64,000 nt of DNA from Fonticula alba ATCC 38817 (Eukaryota; Protista; Nucleariida). The stretch lies in NCBI GenBank assembly GCA_000388065.2, contig KB932209.1. One strand, written 5' to 3'. Position 1 is the first letter of the stretch. Each line of letters begins with the position of its first letter. The position numbers and the translations under genes were made by a program. Shown in pieces: positions 12,742-24,074 of this stretch. Under the pieces are notes generated by a model. The model saw only the letters and a program-made list of their open reading frames with translations. It made no database searches and had not been told where the DNA came from.

Positions 12742-14488
12742 AAGATAGAGAGAGAGAGAAAGAGAGAAAGAGAGAGAGAAAGAGAAAGAGAAAGAAGAAG
12801 AGGGACGAAGGGAGCGGATCGAACGAAGAGGCATACCTTCTCCGCGATGACCTTGACCTCGGCTTCCAGAGCGGCCTCGGTCCGGGTGAGGTCCTCGAAC
12901 TCGCGCTCGGCGGCGGTCAGCTGCTGAAGGGCCGCCTCGGCGCCGTGGGCCCGATCGCGTGCGGCGTGCGCGGCCGCGTCCGCGGCTCGGGCCACCCCCT
13001 CGGCCTCGCGTAGGCGCCCTGCAAAAGGGCGCTCCGCGCGCTCCAGTACCGCCAGGTCCGCCTCGGCGCGGGCCAGCTCGGCGGCCAGCTCCCGACAGGC
13101 GTCAGCCTGCTGGGCCTTCCTACTTGCGGAGGCCGCGCATGCCCAAGCACCAGGCCAAACAAAAGGGCCCATTGACGGCCATGTCCATCCGAGGCACAAG
13201 GTCAACATGTGCGCATGCTTGACATGCCGAAAACAGGGCACAGGGACAAGGGGGGGGGGGGGGGGGGCGGGAATCACGTACCGGCGATCATACTCGGCCC
13301 GCAGGGGGGGGGGCAGGGCGTCCACCGGGGAGGTGGTCTGCTGGGCGGCGCGTTCGAGCTCGGCCACCTGGCCATCCACAAAGCGAACCTGCTCGCGGAC
13401 GGACTGCACCGCGCGCGCCTGGGCCTCGGCATCGGCCACGGCCTTGGCCAGAGCTTGGCGGAGTTCCTGGACTTGGGCCAGAGCCGCTCGACCGCGCTCG
13501 CGGCCGGCGGCCAGGTCGCGCTCCGCCCGCTGGACGGCGCCCGCGGCCTCGGCACGGCGCCGATCGAGGGCGGCCCGGCGCCGGGCCAGGTCGGCCCGCC
13601 GGCGACCGGCCTCCGAAGACCGGGCCTGTGCGGCGGCCAAGTCCTGCTCGGCCGCGCGGAGCTGCCCCCGGCGGACCTCGGCCGCGGCCTGAGCCTCGGC
13701 CACGGCCCCGGCCGCTCGGTGAATGTCGGCCGCCAAGAGGCGGACTTGAATGTGAGCCCGACGCTCGCGCATGGCCGCCTGCGAGGCCGCGCGCTTGAGG
13801 TTCTCCTCGGCCAGGCTGGCATGCATGCGCCCCCGGCGGAGACGCTTTTCCGCCTGCCCCATGGCACTCCGGGTCTGGGCATACCCGTTGGCGACCAGGC
13901 CCGCGGTGCCGGCCGCCCGCTCGATCATCTCGGTGACCGCATGCTCCGGGCCCCGACTCGGCCCGCCGGCCGGGCCCCGCGCGATCTCATGCACGCGCCC
14001 TTGGAAGACCGCTCCCCCGCGCTGGGCGAGGTCCAGCCGGAAGCGCCGCAGCAGGGCCAGATACTGCCCCGGCGGCAGGGCCTGAGACCAGGCCACCAGC
14101 GATCGGGCAGCCGGCGTGCCGGGAGTCATGTCGCCGGCTGCCGGTGGAAGGGTCCCCGCCGAGTCCATGCCGCCGCTGGACAGCAATGCGTCCCAGTCAA
14201 CCTGGGTCGATCCGACGCCGAAGTGGTGGGTGATGGCCACGCCACCAGCGGGCCGCAGGCGGACCCTGGGGCATGGCGTCGCATGGTGGAGGCGGTTATG
14301 CGTGGACACACACACACACACAGATGCACATAGATGCACGCAGACGTACACAGGTGAATAAAGACGTACATGGATGAATACATACACACACACATATACA
14401 CCGATGGACATAGATACACACAGATACATACAAATACACACGGAGAGAGATACACACACACACACGCATACACACACACACACACACG

Positions 14489-14580
<92 letters not shown>

Positions 14581-15030
14581 TGCAAACAGATGCACACAAA
14601 AGTCAGCGGCTTGCTCAATAGATCGGCACTTGCAGCGAAAGATAGAAAGGAAGCCGACGCACATGCGGAAGAGGAAGTACATGCGCCGCGGCCCGGCGAC
14701 CACATCGTCAGGCGAGCAGAACCCCAACGCCACATAGCCCCGGTCCGGGGCCGACTCCTGGCTCACCCCGGACAGCGGGTCGGCCAGCATGGACGGCCGG
14801 GTGACCAGCTCCGCCCCGTCGGAGCCACCACGGAGCTCCTGGCCGTCAGTACCAACCCCGAGGACAAAGCTTAGGGCATCCATCAAATTGGACTTGCCAG
14901 ACCCATTGGGGCCGACAATGCATGTGTAGGCGCTGAAGGGCCCGACAAAGTGCCTCCCGCGCCAGGATTTGAAATTCGACAGCTCCAAAAACCGGACATA
15001 CGGCCGGGCCGGGGCCTCCAATGAGGACAT
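8388..15030 (-). CDS. SMC1: Cohesin subunit SMC1, divergent, multi-exon, interrupted by two N gaps
   Basis: ATG at 15030. N-terminal head [11 protein letters not shown]...[19 protein letters not shown] (Walker A) and Q-loop VFQG. Hinge VYGPLRELV...IVVDT...TFLPLD. SMC1-type FEEFC and [14 protein letters not shown] segments. C-terminal head [26 protein letters not shown]. The last exon 8768-8388 gives LTRFL...VVQISL...ADSLIGVY...SRSL. Confidence 0.9.
12652..12800 (+). repeat. Compound (GA)n/GAAA microsatellite in an SMC1 intron ((TC)n on the sense strand)
   Basis: Direct reading. Confidence 0.9.
14452..14578 (+). repeat. Long (CA)n microsatellite in SMC1 intron 1
   Basis: About 125 nt of almost pure CA repeat. 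Confidence 0.95.
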
Positions 15031-15501
15031 CGCAGTGGGCTCGGACAAGTCGCGCCGGGGCCCGGGCGAGACAGAGAAAGTGAACGATATGCGTAGTTCC
15101 GAAAGTGGATGGGTGGTGGAGGGGGAAAAGAGGGGGGGGGGGGGCTCAGGGGAAATTTGGAGCGCTGCCGCGGAGCGAGGGCCGGGGCGGGGCATCCTCT
15201 TTGGCGGTCGCGCGGCGGGATGTTCATCAAGTTGTCCCGGGCCGCGCTCGCTGCCCCTCCCCGGGACAGAGGCAGTGGCTCACACGGAAGCGAGGCCCCG
15301 GGGGCGGAGGGGGTGCACCGCAGAGTGCAAGAACTGATCGTGGGGAAATTTAAATAAAAACGAGCAGCTGCCATGTGATGCGAACACGCATGCCCCTTGA
15401 GCACATGGTAACAAGCGGACATTCGTTGGCAGCCCCAGAAGTCACTGCGGGATACACGGAAGAGACAACCCGAGCAGCGGGAGGGGGGAGGGGGGTCTGT
15501 T

Positions 15502-15540
<39 letters not shown>

Positions 15541-15960
15541 TGGGAGATGCCTCCCTCTTTCTCCTGGCCAGCTTGCTTTTGCCGCCTCACTTGGGGGGCA
15601 CACGGATGCCGCAGCCTCTCTTGGGGATGGCGCTGAAGGAGTCATCCGTCTGCTGGAAGAAGGGGGGGGGCGGAAGAGGGGGATCCACACGGCGGGGGAG
15701 GGAGGAATGGGGCACCCTCGCACGAGTGTCCAAGGGAGAGAGGGAGAGAGACAAACAAAGATGGGTGCTGGAGGGGGGGAGGAGGAGGAGGAAGGAAAAG
15801 GGGAAGATAGCTCACATGAGGCGGGAAGGAAACCGCTCTCGGGGACAAGGACAGGGTGCACGGACTCAGGAGGGGGGGGAAGGGACGGCAGTGACAGAGG
15901 CAGGCAGCAGGAGGGAGAGGAGAGAAGGCAGTCAGGGGCCAATCGGTCCTGGCCGGGCCC

Positions 15961-16489
15961 CTAAGTGGCAAAGCTCTCGCCACAGCCACAGATGGCACGG
16001 GCGTTGGGGTTGGTGAAGACGAACTCCGACCGAAGGCGGTCGTCCACAAAGTCCACCTCGCTGCCGATGACGCTCATCAGGGCCTTGTTGGACACGAGGA
16101 AAGAGACACCTGGGGACACGGCCACCGGGTGGGGAAGGGGGGGGGGGGGAGGGGGGGGAGGGGGACAGGATAACAGATGAGGAACAATGGACGCCGGGCG
16201 GAGGGGGCTTCGGGAAGGCACGGGCGATTGCGAAATGCAGGCGACCGCGAGGAGACGGAGATGACAGCGAGGGGCGTACCGTCCTGCTCGACTGGCGTAT
16301 CCAGGGGCTCCTTCTCATTGACGTAGTCCAGGGTAAAAGAAAGACCGGAACAACCGCGCGTCTTGACACCGAGGCGCAGGGACAGGGCGTCGGGGCGCGC
16401 CTCGCCGAGTTCGCGCAGACGGGCCACGGCGTTCGGAGTCTGCGTGGCACCATCGTGAGGGGGAAGGAAAGCCGGGGGCCGGAGAGGGG

Positions 16490-16572
<83 letters not shown>

Positions 16573-17153
16573 GGACGTACACGCTCGCCCAGGTCCGCGG
16601 TGATGTCTCGGACGCAGGCCAGCTCCGGGAAGAGCTCGGCCATCTGGGACCGGGTGAGTGGTTGAGGGTGGCGAGTGGCCGGCGAGCCGCTGGTCGAGGC
16701 TCGGGGAGCCACGGCCGAAAGGTTCAAGTCGTCGTCGGCGAAGGCGGTCAGCTCGCGCAGGCGTCCGGTCAATTTCGGATCGGCCAAAGGCACGAGACTG
16801 GCGGTGGGAGAGATGCTGCCGGCGCCGGGGGTGGCACTGGCAGCCAGCGACTCCAGCAGCAGGAAGAGCACCTTCTCCTGGCCGGGGATGAAGACATTGC
16901 TGGTGCGCAGGACTTGGTCGGCGTAGGACAGANNNNNNNNNNNNNNNGGGGGGGGGGGGGGGGGGGGCGAGTTAGAGGGACAAAGGGAGGCCAGCACAGG
17001 GACGAAGCAGGGGGGGCTCCCTCCCAGGCACCCGAGGGCCTGGCAGCGTACCAGAGTAAGCACCGCCTTCCGGGGGGTGAGGGTGCGGGCACCAGACCGG
17101 ACCACCGCGCGAACCGAGCCCGGAGCTGACCGGACAACGGACGAAAGAAACAT
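15961..17153 (-). CDS. ISCA1: Mitochondrial iron-sulfur cluster assembly protein of the IscA/ISA1 family, ~136 aa, 3 exons
   Basis: Exons 17153-17052, 16439-16280, 16109-15961. They give an Arg/Ser-rich presequence, then AVLTL|TPNAVARL, LGVKTRGCSGLSFTLDY, EFVFTNPNA and the C-terminal CGCGESF. The three conserved IscA cysteines are present. Confidence 0.92.
16491..16571 (+). repeat. ~80-nt poly-G homopolymer; length probably unreliable
   Basis: Direct reading. A similar run lies at ~21152-21240 around an N gap. Confidence 0.9.
16581..16932 (-). other. Orphan coding exon (~117 aa, LSYADQVLRTSNVFIPGQEKVLFLLLESL...ADLGER) inside IscA intron 1
   Basis: Open frame with complex, non-repetitive protein-like sequence. 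It ends in a consensus GTACGT donor at 16580. It is bounded by an N gap (16933-16947) plus poly-G on one side and an ~80-nt poly-G run on the other. Confidence 0.6.
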
Positions 17154-17867
17154 GGCACAGAAAAAAAGCAGAGGGGGAAAGGAGGGGGAAGGAGCAGGGG
17201 AGGGGGCTAGCCATCCCGGAGGATCCGGCCTCCGGCTGCGCGGGGCGCGGTCCGATCAGTTCCTCCTCGCGGACAAGATGCCGCTGCCCTCGCCCGCCCG
17301 CACCCGACCACCCCCGACAGCCCCGGCCGACGCGGGCGCAGCCTGGCCGCCAAAAGAGACACATCTGGAGCGATCTCGAGCGCGGCCCCCCCCCCTCCCC
17401 CCCCCACTACCACCACCACCGCCACACGTGCGCCGGGGCCGGGGGACAACAGGGGGCCGCCGGAGTCTGCCGCACGTTTGCACGTCTCTCCACGACGGCA
17501 CCCACACACGCACACACACACACACACACAAATACACGTCCGAGGATGCGTATACACCACACCAGACCATAACCATGCCGGTGCACGGCCACTACCGCGG
17601 GTGCCAGGGACAAACCCCCAGGGGGCCAGTACCCGGCCCTGGACCCTGGGCCGCCGCGATCGCCCCCCCGCCCCTCTCCCGGGAGGGAATGAAAAAGACC
17701 TGGAGCCGAGACCAACACCCGGACGTGGCCCCCCCCCCCCCCCGCCGACCCCCACAGCCATCCGAATCCCGAACAGCGAAGAAAAACTCGCGCTTGCGAG
17801 GCAATGCATTCACAAGGGGCACCCCCGGCGGAGATCACATGGGAGCGCGCGGTCTATCGGGTGATCT

Positions 17868-20800
17868 TCACTTCTTCGAGGGGCGCATGGCCTTCTGGAA
17901 CTTCCGCTGGGGGCGGCTGCCGCCATCGGCCGAGGACGAGGGGCCGTCATGGCGCTGGCGCTTGGCACCGCCGGCGCGACCGGCATCCCCACCGGCGGCC
18001 GAGGGGGCCTTGCGCTTCCGGCCGCCGGGGGCCTGGGACTCGGCCTTCTTGGCCTCCTTGGCACGCAGGCGGGCCTCCTCGCGCTCGCGGCGCTCCGCCT
18101 CCGGGTCCAGCTGGCCCGAGGCGATGGCGCGCGACCGGTCGCCGGAGCGCTCCACCCGGGCCGTGCGGGCCTTCAGCACGCGGACATCCTCGATGGCAAA
18201 CTCCACAATCGGCCGGCGGGACTTGCTGCCCGGGCCGAAGGCAGTCGGGTGGTTGTTCAGGGCACGCAGGGCGGCCAGGGCGTCGCCGTGCGTGGCGAAC
18301 TCCGCGAAGCCATACCCGGCCGACCGGCCGAGGGAGCTGTCATTCGGGTCGGGACGGCCGCCGGAGCCGGCACGCTCGCGCACGATCTTGCACTGCCGAA
18401 TGACCGGGGCCACCAGCGGCCGGGTCACGCCCTCCAGCTCGTCCTTCGGGTAGGAGGCGTTGACCGTGCGGGCGGCCGGCTTCTTGCCCTCCTGCTGGGC
18501 CTCGTCCTGGGTGGCGGGAGCGACGGCGTACTGCTCGCGGCGCTTCTGCACCCCGGCCACCAGCGCACTGCGAAGCTCGGCATCCTTCCACTGAAGGGGG
18601 ATGTTGCGCACAAGCAGGCGCGTCTTGCTGACAAACATGTTGGGGCTCTTGAGCTTGGCACGACGCTCGGCCTGGGCCCGGGCGCGCTTGGCCTGGTCGC
18701 CGGCCGACAGCTGCTTGCCGGCCGGGCTCTGGAGGTCGATCTCGCCCTCGCGCGACAGGTACAGGTTCCGGGTGTCCAGCTTGCGGGTCTTCTGCACGAG
18801 CCCCTCATTGGTCAGGGCCGTGGCCTGGGACCGGTCGACGGCCTCCACCACATCCAGCAGACGCCCGCCCACATACAGGTGGCTCTTGGTGGCCGCGCTG
18901 GTGGGGATGATGGAAGAGAAGGTGGGCTTCTTGGCCTTGGCCGCGGCCTTGGTGCTGCCGGCGGCCTCGGCCGCGCGCATGGCCTCACTCTCGGCCAGGC
19001 AGGCCCGGGCGGAGTCCGCGTGTGCGAATTTCACGAAGGCCGTCCCGCGGCTGCGACCGGTGGCCCGGTCCTTGACCAGCAGGCAGAAGGCAATCTTGCC
19101 AAAGTTGGCCAGGGCCGTCTGGACGTCCTCCTGCGTCGACTCGAAGGAGACGTTGCGCACAAAGACCGTGCGGCCCTCATCCACGTCGGAGGCTGTCGCC
19201 GGGTGAGCAGGCGGAGGGTGGTGATATGGACACGAGCATGCCAGGAACGGAAGGGCGGGACGGGGCGGGGGAGNNNNNNNNNNNNNNNNNNNNNNNNNNN
19301 NNNNNNNNNNNNNNNNNNNNNNNNNNNNNNNNNNNNNGAAGCAATGCCGGGGGGGGGGGGACGAAAGAAGAGGGCCAGAGAGGGGAGCGGCAAAATCGAG
19401 GCGCTGCGTACCCTTGGAAGTCTTGGGCGCATTGTCCTCGTCGTCCTCGTCGCTGGCGGTGTCCTGGTCGACGTCATCGTCGTCGGCCTCGGAATCGGAA
19501 CCGGCCTCCGCCTCAGAGTCGGCATCGGAGTCGGCCCCCTCCTCCTCCTCCTCCTCCTCCTCGGATTCAGAGTCAGACGCCGGGGCGTCCTTCTGGGCGG
19601 TAACCGACTTGACCAGCTCATAGTCATCCTTCGGCAGAGAGAAGTCCACGGCCAGGGCACGGGTGTGCAGGCGATGTCCATTGACCACCTTCATGGCCTG
19701 TGTGCATGTGTACGCATTGGTGGAGGTGCGGAAACCCGAGAGGCAGGTGAATGGGGGTGGGGGGCACGTCGGGGTTTACGGGGCAGGGGAAGGGCCCGGG
19801 AAGATGACAAAGAGGATGGAGCGCGAGGACGTACGGCTGCGGCGTCCTCGTGGGACTTGAAGGACACGAACGCGAAGCCGCGCGACGAACCGTCCGGCTT
19901 CAGGGGGAAGTTGATGTCCAGAACCGGGGCAGCGGACAACATGCCAAAGACCCCATGAAGCTCGGCCTCGGTGGTGTCGAAGGACAAGTTGCGCACAATC
20001 AGTCGGGTGGCGTTCTCCAGGATCTTCTTCACCTTCTTATTGAGCTTGGAGATCTTCACCGAGGCAGCCGGGGCGGCCACCGCATCGGCCAGCTTCATCG
20101 GCTTGGCCGACTTGGCGGAAGTGGCACTGGCCCCGTCGGAGGACGATTCGCCCGAGGCGCCATCCTTGTCCTTGGAGAAACGCACGAAGAGCTTGCGACC
20201 GTTGAGCTCCTTGCTGTCGAGCTCCTTTCGAGCGGTGACGGCATCCTCCAAAATGACACTGCAAAGGAGGTGAGGGACGCAAATCGAGGCCAGGAAAAGG
20301 GGGGTCAGGGTGAGCTCTCCAATGGTGGCAGCAATCACAGAGCGGCAACAACGGCAGCAATTGCAACAGCACTGGTAGCAGCAGCAGCAGCACCAGTAGC
20401 AGCAGCAGCAGCAGCAGCAGCAATGGCGAAGATACAGGCGGAAGGGAAGCGGACACGCACTATTGGACATAGCCGAAGCCACGGTTCTCGGACGGGTTCT
20501 TGGGGTTGGCCACAACGAAGGCCCACTTGATGGGGCCAAGCTCGCCGAAGAAGTCCTCCAGCTACACGCGGCGGCGCATGGGGAGGAGCGACCAAAGGGT
20601 GAGTGACCGGGCGAGGAGGAGAGGGAGGGGAGGGAGGGGAGGGAGGGGAGGGCTGCAGGAGGGTAAACGCACATCCTTGTTGGTGGTGGAGAAGCTCAGG
20701 TTTCGAATGAAGAGAGTCGAGCTGGAGATCTGGGCCTTGGTGGGGGGCGGCTGAGCCGGGCCCTTGGGCGCATCCTTGGGCTTCTGCTTCTTGGGCTGCT

Positions 20801-21143
20801 TCTCCGCACGGACGGACGCCTTGCCGGCCATCTTGGCCTCCTTCAGGGGAGTCTTGGTCGGCTTGGAGTCGGGCTTGGCGGCCTTGGGCTTGGCGGCCTT
20901 GGGCTTGGCGGCCTTGGGCTCGGACTCGGACTCCGGCTTGGCCTTGCCCTCCGCCTTGGAGGTGATCTCGTCCACGCGCTGCTGCAGGCGCCGGGCGTTC
21001 TTGCGGTTGCCCTGCGCCACCGGGCGGTGGGTCAGGGCAGCTGAGGCCAGAGCGGCGGTCTCGGTGAGCTCGGCCAGGTCAGAGGCGCTGAACTTCGCAC
21101 CAGTGTCCTTGACCTGGGCGGGCTTGGACTTGGGGACGGCCAT
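17868..21143 (-). CDS. RBM28: Nucleolar multi-RRM 60S biogenesis factor RBM28/Nop4, 5 exons
   Basis: Exons 21143-20673, 20561-20461, 20258-19835, 19697-19412, 19192-17868. Four RRMs: LFIRNLSF/RGFGYVQY, LIVRNLSF/RGFAFVSF, VFVRNVSF/RGTAFVKF, LLVRNIP/GYGFAEF. There is an acidic tract between RRM2 and RRM3. The family-typical RNLYLSREG, MFVSKTRL, ALRALNN and RPIVEFAIED segments are present. Confidence 0.9.
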
Positions 21144-21182
21144 GGCGGTCAGGGGGGGGGGGGGGGGGGGGGNNNNNNNNNN

Positions 21183-21241
<59 letters not shown>

Positions 21242-21520
21242 GACGGAGTGCCAAGTGAAGAAGCAGGAGGAGGGGACAGAGGGCAGGAGGGAATGGAAGG
21301 GGAAGAGTGAATGGAGATCTCAAGGAAGGGAGGGATGGAATGCCCGGGGCAGAGCAAGTAGGGGGAGAGGGGAGGGGTGTCCCCAGCCCAGGGGGGTCCG
21401 GCACGCCCGAACACACACCGAAAAATGCCCCCCCCCCCCCACCCCCCATCATGCTCACCGGTCGGCATTTTGCCGGTCGCCGAGCGTCGACAAACAACCG
21501 ATGCTCAGCAAGTGGGCACC

Positions 21521-21521
<1 letters not shown>

Positions 21522-21605
<84 letters not shown>
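21522..21605 (+). repeat. (CA)n microsatellite between RBM28 and MRPL2
   Basis: Direct reading. Confidence 0.95.
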
Positions 21606-21607
<2 letters not shown>

Positions 21608-22051
21608 GTACACGCAATACACAGGTACATGTACACCCAGGTACGCGCACCAAGAGACCCGGGGAGGGGGGGGGGAGCAAAAGCCAGCCCTGGCGAGCCG
21701 GCGAGAGACAACGGCCAACACACGGGAACGCCAAGCAAGCGCACGAGTGTCCACCAACAGAGCCACGCGTGCCCAAGGGGAAGGCTCCCACGCGCGGGGG
21801 GGGCATGCCGCCCGAGGATCCCCCCATGCATCCCCCACCCCCCTCCAAGCTGACCGCCGAGGCCGCCACACCCGTGTGCATGCATGCCCGGGCGAGGCCA
21901 CGCCTGCCGGCAGCCAGCGAGCCCACGCACGTAAAGTCATATGATCTAATATTTGCACAAGTACAACCGTTGGCATTTGGGGCCGAGGGAGGAGGAGGGA
22001 AGAGAAAAGGAGGACGGGAAAAGCGGCACAGGGGCCGAGAAAGACAGGGGG

Positions 22052-22084
<33 letters not shown>

Positions 22085-22205
22085 AAGAGACCGAGACAGA
22101 GGGCGGGCGTGTGTGTGTGTGTGTGTCGGGGCATGCGCGACCGAAAGGGGACACAGGTGCACAGCGGGGTCCCCGCGCGGGGGCGCGCACGCGTAGGCCC
22201 CGGCC

Positions 22206-22938
22206 TCAAGAGCGCCCGCTCTTCTTGCCAACCTTGCCGAGGGCACGACGGCGGGACACGAGGATGTCACGGTCGCTGGCCTTGTGGAGCTGGCGAGTGG
22301 GCTTGCCCTTGGTGGGCTTGCCCCAGGGGGTCTGCGAGGGGCGACCACCACGGGTCTTACCACCGTGCGGGTGATCGATCGGGTTCATGACCTCACCACG
22401 GACGGCGGGGCGGATGCCGAGCCAGCTGCGATTTCGAGGGTCGATACGTGCGCAAGCAGGCACGGTAGTGGGGTGGGGGGAGGGGGGAAAGAGGGATGTC
22501 AGCAGGTGTCAAGGGGGGGGGCGGTGGGGCGCGCAAAAGAGACCGAAAGATGGCAAACAACAAAGCGGCATGCGTACCGGCTGACACCGGCCTTGCCATG
22601 GACACGCAGCCCATGAAGGGTGTTCGAAACCACACCGAGCGTGGCCTTGCACTTGACGCTGACCTGGCGAGTCTCACCGGACATCAGGCGCAGAATGGCC
22701 ATCCCGGTGGGACCCGAGCGCAGGAGCTGTGCGTAGGCACCCGCCGCGCGGGAGATCTTGCCGCCGGAGCCGGGGACCATCTCGATGTTGTGCACAAGCG
22801 AGCCGACCGGGATCGAGGAGAGGGGCAGGCAGTTGCCAGGCTGTGAGAGGGGGGCGTTTTGGACGGGAGAACAGTCAGACAGGGAGACGCCAAGGAGCGG
22901 GAAGCGGAGAGAGAAAGAGTGCGCGTGCGTGCGTGCGT

Positions 22939-22973
<35 letters not shown>

Positions 22974-24074
22974 CAAAACAACAGGCAAGCTACTCGGAAG
23001 GGCGAGGGGGCCATGCGCTGGTCACAGTACCTGAATGTCGACGTCCGGGCCGGAGGTCACCACGTCGCCGGGGTTGCAATCGCGATAGGCCAGGATGTAG
23101 GAGAACTTGCCGGTGACCTCGTCACGGGTGAGGGCAATCCAGGCCGAACGGTTGGGGTCATACTCCAGACGCTGGACAACATGGGGGTTGGGGTTGTTCC
23201 GGTGGAAGTCCACCATGCGGTAGAGGCGGCGATGGCCACCACCGTGGTGGCGGACCTACATGAGACGCAGAGGGGGGAGGGGGAGGAGGAGGACACATTA
23301 GGACCGAGTGGAAAGGAGACAAGGAGGAGAGCGCCAGTCCGAGCGGCAGAGGAGGGAGCGGGAGGGGGGGGGGAGAGGAACAAAGGAGGGAAAAGCCGCA
23401 GGGTGGTGACAGGAGCGCACAGTGATGCGGCCGGTGTTGTTTCGGCCACCCTTCTTGCGGAGACCGATGGTCAGGCGCTTGTAGGGACGACCGCGATAGA
23501 GGTGGTCGCGCGAGTTGATCAGACGGAAGCGAATACTGTTGGTGACCGGCTTGAACTTCTTCATGGACTCCTGGTAGATGACGATGCGGCTATGATGGTC
23601 GGCAGTACTATCGACATGCACATACACCCGCACGCACGCACGTACGTACGTACGTACGTACGTACGTACGGGGGGGGAGCAGGGGAGAGGGGGAAAGGTC
23701 AGGGGGAGGGCAGGAGGGGAGGGGCACTGGGACAGCCCTGTCCAGAGAGGGGTGGGGCGGCGGCCAAGGTGACGGGGAGACCTACCGGGGAACAATGTTC
23801 ACCTTGCTGGCGGAGCCGGTGTCGACAATGGTGCGCATGGCGGCCTCGGAGAGGCCGTGCGAGGTGCTATACATGCGCCGGGCCTCGGCCAACGGGCCGG
23901 AGGGCTCGGCATTGGACACAGTCAGGCGGCTAAGCAGGCCGGTGGCGGCCGGGCGGCTAGCAAGCACGGCAGAGGAGGCCACCGAGGGAGCCGCCGACAA
24001 AGCGGCGCCCGACTGGCCAACGAGACCAGCCGACGAACGGAGGGAGGAGGCGAGCGAGCGCCGGGCCAGCTGGC
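22206..24074 (-). CDS. MRPL2: Mitochondrial large-subunit ribosomal protein uL2m; start codon lies in or beyond the 24075-24254 gap
   Basis: Exons ~24074-23786, 23589-23421, 23255-23031, 22840-22578, 22425-22206. They give [16 protein letters not shown]|[53 protein letters not shown] and TPWGKPTKG. The N-terminus resembles a Ser/Ala/Arg-rich presequence. Confidence 0.92.
23640..23670. repeat. (TACG)n self-complementary tetranucleotide repeat in an MRPL2 intron
   Basis: cgtacgtacgtacg... array. Confidence 0.9.

Noticed and set aside
12591-14735. ORFs encoding long CVCVCV, THTHTH or SLSLSL/ERERER stretches
   Set aside because: These are translations of intronic or intergenic (CA)n/(GT)n/(CT)n microsatellites, not proteins.
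16581-16932. Idea that the orphan exon is the missing SMC1 hinge sequence from the 11643-12047 gap (similar size, poly-G flank)
   Set aside because: It lacks the expected second-half hinge motif (V.L.G....G...GG) and its end does not join the sequence flanking the gap.
17949-19958. 669-aa plus-strand ORF opposite RBM28
   Set aside because: Antisense shadow of a GC-rich coding region. It has no domain motifs and crosses an N gap.
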